Shown here piece after piece: positions 27,059 to 32,000 of a stretch of DNA of 32,000 nt. Within the stretch, counting starts at the first letter, position 1, and each line of letters opens with the position of its first letter. A program made the position numbers and the translations under genes. The stretch is from Formosa sp. Hel1_33_131 (lineage in GTDB: Bacteria > Bacteroidota > Bacteroidia > Flavobacteriales > Flavobacteriaceae). The stretch is taken from the NCBI RefSeq assembly GCF_001735745.1, contig NZ_CP017260.1, forward strand, positions 180,001 to 212,000. Direction: 5' to 3'. The notes under the pieces were generated by a model. It was not told where the DNA came from, made no database searches, and was given only the letters and a program-made list of their open reading frames with translations.

Positions 27059-27205
27059 GAAATTCAAATTGACTTTAATCTTGAGTCTTTTCTATTGGTT
27101 CTTGATTCTTAATTCTCACATCATAATACTTTTTTCAGCACTTCGATTTATCACGCTTTAGCGTGGCTGCGCCTGCCTACCGAAGTTAGGCTCAGTGTGA
27201 CAAAA
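27059..27205. repeat. Intergenic repeat unit B, directly abutting unit A
   Basis: Contains GAAATTCAAATTGACTTT, a pyrimidine tract (tcttttctattggttcttgattcttaattctc), TTTCAGCACTTCGATTTATCACGC, hairpin CACGC-ttta-GCGTG (27152-27165), hairpin GCCTA-ccgaagt-TAGGC (27175-27191), and CTCAGTGTGACAAAA (27191-27205). Confidence 0.7.
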
Positions 27206-27221
27206 CAAATTCTTTACTCTT

Positions 27222-27241
27222 CAAGGGGTTTAAGCCCCTTG
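27222..27241. repeat. Perfect 7-bp hairpin CAAGGGG-TTTAAG-CCCCTTG
   Basis: CAAGGGG (27222-27228) is the exact reverse complement of CCCCTTG (27235-27241). No T-run on either side. Confidence 0.6.
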
Positions 27242-27302
27242 TTACCCAATATTATGGATTTAGAAATTTGTCATGACTCTATAGAATGGCATAACCCATA
27301 CA

Positions 27303-27361
27303 AACAAAAAAACCACAGTAACTGAATACGATGGTTTTTGTTTTAATACTTACTGTTATGG
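27303..27361 (-). terminator. Probable intrinsic terminator of yidC (two alternative stems)
   Basis: The minus strand reads CCATAACAGTAAGT...AAAAACCATCGTATTCAGTTACTGTGG-TTTTTTTGTTTG. Stem ACAGTAA (27350-27356 rc) pairs with TTACTGT (27315-27321 rc), followed by GG and a 7-T run. An alternative stem pairs AAAAACCA with TGGTTTTT (27308-27315 / 27332-27339). Confidence 0.45.
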
Positions 27362-27388
27362 ACAACCGTTAGAAACGAGCACCAGCGT

Positions 27389-27510
27389 GAGATTCAAATT
27401 GACTTTTGTTTTAAGTCTTTTTTCTATTCTCTTTATTCTTGACTCTTAGTTCTTGACTCTTGACTCTATTTTTTCAGATCTTAATACTTGATACTAAATT
27501 CTTAATACTC
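27389..27510. repeat. Intergenic repeat unit C (5' module only), directly downstream of the yidC stop
   Basis: Contains GAGATTCAAATTGACTTTT, then a pyrimidine tract with three TCTTGAC heptamers (27437, 27451, 27458), then TTTTTTCAG. It lacks the double-hairpin 3' module of A and B. Its tail carries CTTAATACT twice (27480, 27501). Confidence 0.65.
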
Positions 27511-27515
27511 AAATA

Positions 27516-29417
27516 TTACTTCTTCCGTTTCTGTTGCGCTTCTTTTTGTGCTTCGGCTTGTGCCATGATATCCGCCATTTTCTTTTGAAAACGGTTTTGC
27601 TTTTTTGGTTTCGCTTTGCTCACTTGAATTTTAGCCAATACTTTTTCTTCATCAATGATGTAATTTTTAATAACAATCATGATTCCGATACTAATTAAGT
27701 TGGAAATAAAGTAATACAAACTCAGTCCAGATGCATAGTTATTAAAGAAAACCAACATAATGACTGGAGACAGATAAATCATGTACTTCATCATCTTGCC
27801 CATATCAGGCATGCCTTCTTGTGTGGGTTGGGTTGCCATTTGCTGACCTGTGGTCATCTTCATGTAAAAGAAGATGGCAATAGATGCTAAAATTGGAAAC
27901 AAGCTAATATGATCGCCATAGAAAGGAATGTTATATGGTAGCTCTAAAATAGAATCATACGAACTTAAATCATCGACCCATAAAAATGATTTTTGGCGCA
28001 ATTCAAAAGCGATTGGGAAAAACATAAACAAGGCATAGAATACGGGCATTTGCAACATTCCTGGCAAACAACCGCTCAGTGGGCTGGCACCGGCTTTGTT
28101 TTGAACTGCCATTGTTTCTTGTTGCGCCTTCATTTTGTTATTCTTATGTTTCTCACGAATGGCATCCAGTTCTGGCTTTAAAATTCTCATTTTAGCTTGA
28201 GATAAGAATTGCTTGTACTGTACAAACGACAGTACAATTTTTACCATAATGGTCATGACAATAATGGCAATTCCATAAGATAAATAGTTGGTCAACCAAG
28301 CATATAAAGGACTGAAAACCGCTTTATTAATCCATCCAAAAATTCCCCATCCAAAAGGGATACTCGCTTCTAAATTTCGGTCGTATTTACTTAAAATATC
28401 ATCATAGGTCGGACCATAATAGATGTTCATATTGTGCGCTAACTCACCCCCTGAATAGGTCAACGGAAGTTGTACTTCGTAGCGTTTCGTATATAAAGTA
28501 TCTATGGTTTCGTCCTTGACTAAATCGAAAGACTTTAAGTCGGCTGTTTTAAAGGGGGTCTCCGGCACTAAAATGGTGCTAAAAAAATGTTGTCTAAAAG
28601 AAAGCCATGCCAAATCAGATTCTGTTTCATCATCATCACCAGATTGAGATAGTTTATTAATTTTATCACCTTCGTGCTGGTAGGTCAAACGCGTATATCT
28701 ATTTTCAAACGAAACACTTTGATCTTGTCTGTGGGCTTTAAATTTCCAGTCGAGTTTTACGTCTTGAGAGGTGTTTAAAACGTTTGACAATCCTTGTGAT
28801 TTTACAGAAAACCCTAACATATAATCGTTTGGTTTCAACTCGTAGCGGTATTCCAAAAATTGGGTTTCCGAAACTTTAAGACGCATGGATAAGACTTGGT
28901 TCTCTCCCGATGTGCTCAACGTGGGTTGAAAATATAGATTTGTCGAATTGAGTGTACGGTTATCCGATGTTGCAAAATTCAAATTAAATACAGAACTGCC
29001 ATCCTTAATTAGATATACAGGAACTGAATCGTGATTGACATAACTTTTCAGCCTTACTTCTGAAATAAATCCACCTTTGTTGTCAATTTTAAGGGCTAAG
29101 ACTTCGTTTTCAAAAGTTGTAATATTGGAGGTCGCTGAGGGTAAAGTTAACGCATAAGCAAAATCTCCAATCTTATTTTTTAGACTGGCTAATCCTAGCG
29201 AATCCGTAGGCAGTTGGTTGCTGCTAGAATTGTCAGTAATGGTCATCTCCGCATCAGCTTGATTGGCAGCTTCAGATGCTAATTGTTCTTGTTTGGCTTC
29301 TTCTTGTGCAGCGAGTTCTTCTGGAGTGGGTTGATTTTGCCATAACATATACAATAAAATAGCTCCTATAAGTAAAAATCCAATGATTGAATTTATGTCT
29401 AATTTCTTTTCTTCCAT
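27516..29417 (-). CDS. yidC: Membrane protein insertase YidC
   Basis: 633 aa. N-terminal TM (IIGFLLIGAILLYMLW), a large periplasmic domain, and a C-terminal 5-TM core with SPLSGCLPGMLQMPVFYALFMFF. Lys-rich C-terminal tail. Confidence 0.95.
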   Translation of the reverse strand: MEEKKLDINSIIGFLLIGAILLYMLWQNQPTPEELAAQEEAKQEQLASEAANQADAEMTITDNSSSNQLPTDSLGLASLKNKIGDFAYALTLPSATSNITTFENEVLALKIDNKGGFISEVRLKSYVNHDSVPVYLIKDGSSVFNLNFATSDNRTLNSTNLYFQPTLSTSGENQVLSMRLKVSETQFLEYRYELKPNDYMLGFSVKSQGLSNVLNTSQDVKLDWKFKAHRQDQSVSFENRYTRLTYQHEGDKINKLSQSGDDDETESDLAWLSFRQHFFSTILVPETPFKTADLKSFDLVKDETIDTLYTKRYEVQLPLTYSGGELAHNMNIYYGPTYDDILSKYDRNLEASIPFGWGIFGWINKAVFSPLYAWLTNYLSYGIAIIVMTIMVKIVLSFVQYKQFLSQAKMRILKPELDAIREKHKNNKMKAQQETMAVQNKAGASPLSGCLPGMLQMPVFYALFMFFPIAFELRQKSFLWVDDLSSYDSILELPYNIPFYGDHISLFPILASIAIFFYMKMTTGQQMATQPTQEGMPDMGKMMKYMIYLSPVIMLVFFNNYASGLSLYYFISNLISIGIMIVIKNYIIDEEKVLAKIQVSKAKPKKQNRFQKKMADIMAQAEAQKEAQQKRKK

Positions 29418-29471
29418 AATCTTTTAAATTTTAATTGACATCCACAGCGAAGTGTGGTTTATCAAATACTA

Positions 29472-31100
<1,629 letters not shown>

Positions 31101-31111
31101 TTAAACGCGAA

Positions 31112-31119
31112 CAAATTTA
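31112..31119 (-). promoter_or_regulatory. Candidate -7 promoter box (TAAATTTG, within TTGTAAATTTG) for pyrG
   Basis: The minus strand reads ...cttatTTGTAAATTTGttcgcg... 20 nt upstream of the pyrG ATG. Perfect TAnnTTTG. Confidence 0.45.
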
Positions 31120-31182
31120 CAAATAAGTATTGAAACTTTAAGGATTAATGGGAGTTGTTTATGAACACTTTATATAAAATAC

Positions 31183-31207
31183 AAAAAGCACCCAAAAGGT
31201 GCTTTTT
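31183..31207 (-). terminator. Rho-independent terminator after the PPIase gene
   Basis: AAAAAGCACC (31183-31192) pairs with GGTGCTTTTT (31198-31207), loop CAAAA. On the minus strand the stem is followed by TTTTTGTATTTT. It lies 32 nt downstream of the stop at 31239. Confidence 0.7.
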
Positions 31208-31238
31208 GTATAAATAATATAATAGAATTTAAATCGAA

Positions 31239-32000
31239 TTATTTAACCTCAACCAATTCAACATCAAAGATTAAGTTTGCATTTGGTGGAATCACGCCAC
31301 CAGCGCCTTGAGCCCCATAGCCTAAATGACTTGGAATGACAAAACGTGCCTTGTCTCCTACATTTAAAAGTGCAACGCCTTCATCCCATCCAGCAATGAC
31401 TTGACCTGTTCCGAGCGCAAATTCAATCGGTTCTTTTCTTTTGTAAGAGGAATCAAATACCGTTCCATCAGTCAATTGCCCTTTGTAATGTACTGAAACC
31501 GTAGCACCTTTTGCAGCTTTTGAACCACTTCCTTTTTGAAGTATTTGGTAACGAAGACCGCTCTCTGTTTTTTCGAATCCAGCCGCTAATTTATCTAACT
31601 CTGCCTCAACAGCTGCTTTTGCTTTTTCTAGATTTTTTTCTCTTGAACCTTCAAAAGTTCTAAAGGCTTCCACAGCTTGAAATGCTTCTGCATCGGCTCC
31701 AACTGCTATAATTTCTAAAGTTTCTAAAACATCGCCTTGAGCAATTGTGTCAACTTTATCTTGACCTTCAATCACGTTTCCGAATACAGTATGTTTCCCG
31801 TCTAACCAATCGGTTGGAATGTGTGTTATAAAAAATTGACTTCCATTGGTTCCAGGACCTGCATTGGCCATAGATAATATACCTGGTTTGTCATGTTTTA
31901 AATCGGGATGGAATTCATCGTCAAATTTATATCCTGGATTTCCCGTTCCTGTTCCTTGGGGGCACCCTCCTTGAATCATGAAATCTGGAATGACTCTATG
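31239..32000 (-). CDS. Dual-domain peptidyl-prolyl cis-trans isomerase (cyclophilin N-terminal, FKBP C-terminal); 5' end outside the window
   Basis: The frame stays open to the window edge, where the minus strand reads [12 protein letters not shown], the cyclophilin signature. This is followed by [18 protein letters not shown], a helical linker, then an FKBP domain [19 protein letters not shown]...[10 protein letters not shown]...[31 protein letters not shown]. Confidence 0.9.
   Translation of the reverse strand, partial: HRVIPDFMIQGGCPQGTGTGNPGYKFDDEFHPDLKHDKPGILSMANAGPGTNGSQFFITHIPTDWLDGKHTVFGNVIEGQDKVDTIAQGDVLETLEIIAVGADAEAFQAVEAFRTFEGSREKNLEKAKAAVEAELDKLAAGFEKTESGLRYQILQKGSGSKAAKGATVSVHYKGQLTDGTVFDSSYKRKEPIEFALGTGQVIAGWDEGVALLNVGDKARFVIPSHLGYGAQGAGGVIPPNANLIFDVELVEVK

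Noticed and set aside
26924-27510. Possible CRISPR array, given the repeated GAGATTCAAATTGA... units
   Set aside because: There are only three copies. Spacing is irregular (135 bp, then 330 bp). The units are long, degenerate and internally low-complexity rather than 25-40-nt identical repeats with unique spacers. There are no cas genes in the window.
26687-27515. Known housekeeping ncRNA (tmRNA, RNase P RNA, SRP RNA, tRNA) hiding in the large gap
   Set aside because: I could not find hallmark sequences: no GAGGAAAGTCC-type RNase P core, no tag-peptide reading frame ending ...ALAA-stop, and no tRNA cloverleaf with a GTTCnAnnC T-loop. This was a by-eye check only; a covariance-model scan is still advisable.

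Overview
The window looks like a low-GC Flavobacteriaceae (Bacteroidota) chromosome segment. Evidence is a T9SS C-terminal sorting domain on a secreted protease, TAnnTTTG -7 promoter boxes, and DUF349, OstA-like and DUF368 genes. About 95% is coding, and almost all of it is recognisable core genome.

Plus strand, 1-22134: TonB-dependent receptor 3' end; three small AT-rich genes of unknown function; two periplasmic amidohydrolase-family genes; TrmH-family RNA methyltransferase; RelA/SpoT; Fur-family regulator; purA; OstA-like protein; class-III aminotransferase; TPR protein; two overlapping DUF368 paralogs; aroE; DUF349 protein.

Minus strand, 22139-32000: mazG, nitronate-monooxygenase-like flavoenzyme, S8 protease and mnmA packed as one operon; then yidC, pyrG and a cyclophilin-FKBP fusion PPIase that runs off the window.

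I found no tRNA, rRNA, CRISPR, transposase, integrase or recognisable defence, toxin or secondary-metabolite genes. I cannot honestly point to a novel multi-gene protein system.

The least explained sequence is the 830-bp ORF-free gap between mnmA and yidC (26687-27515). It is a dense mosaic of hairpin-forming modular repeats: three copies of a GAGATTCAAATTGA...pyrimidine-tract unit, two of which carry a double-hairpin 3' module; nested palindromes; and imperfect inverted repeats bracketing the cluster.

Secondary observations: loss of the metal-binding HxH motif in two of three amidohydrolase modules, the tandem DUF368 (PopT-like) pair, a dual-family immunophilin, and a three-gene AT-rich islet. 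All calls come from reading the translations and DNA by eye. No database search was run.
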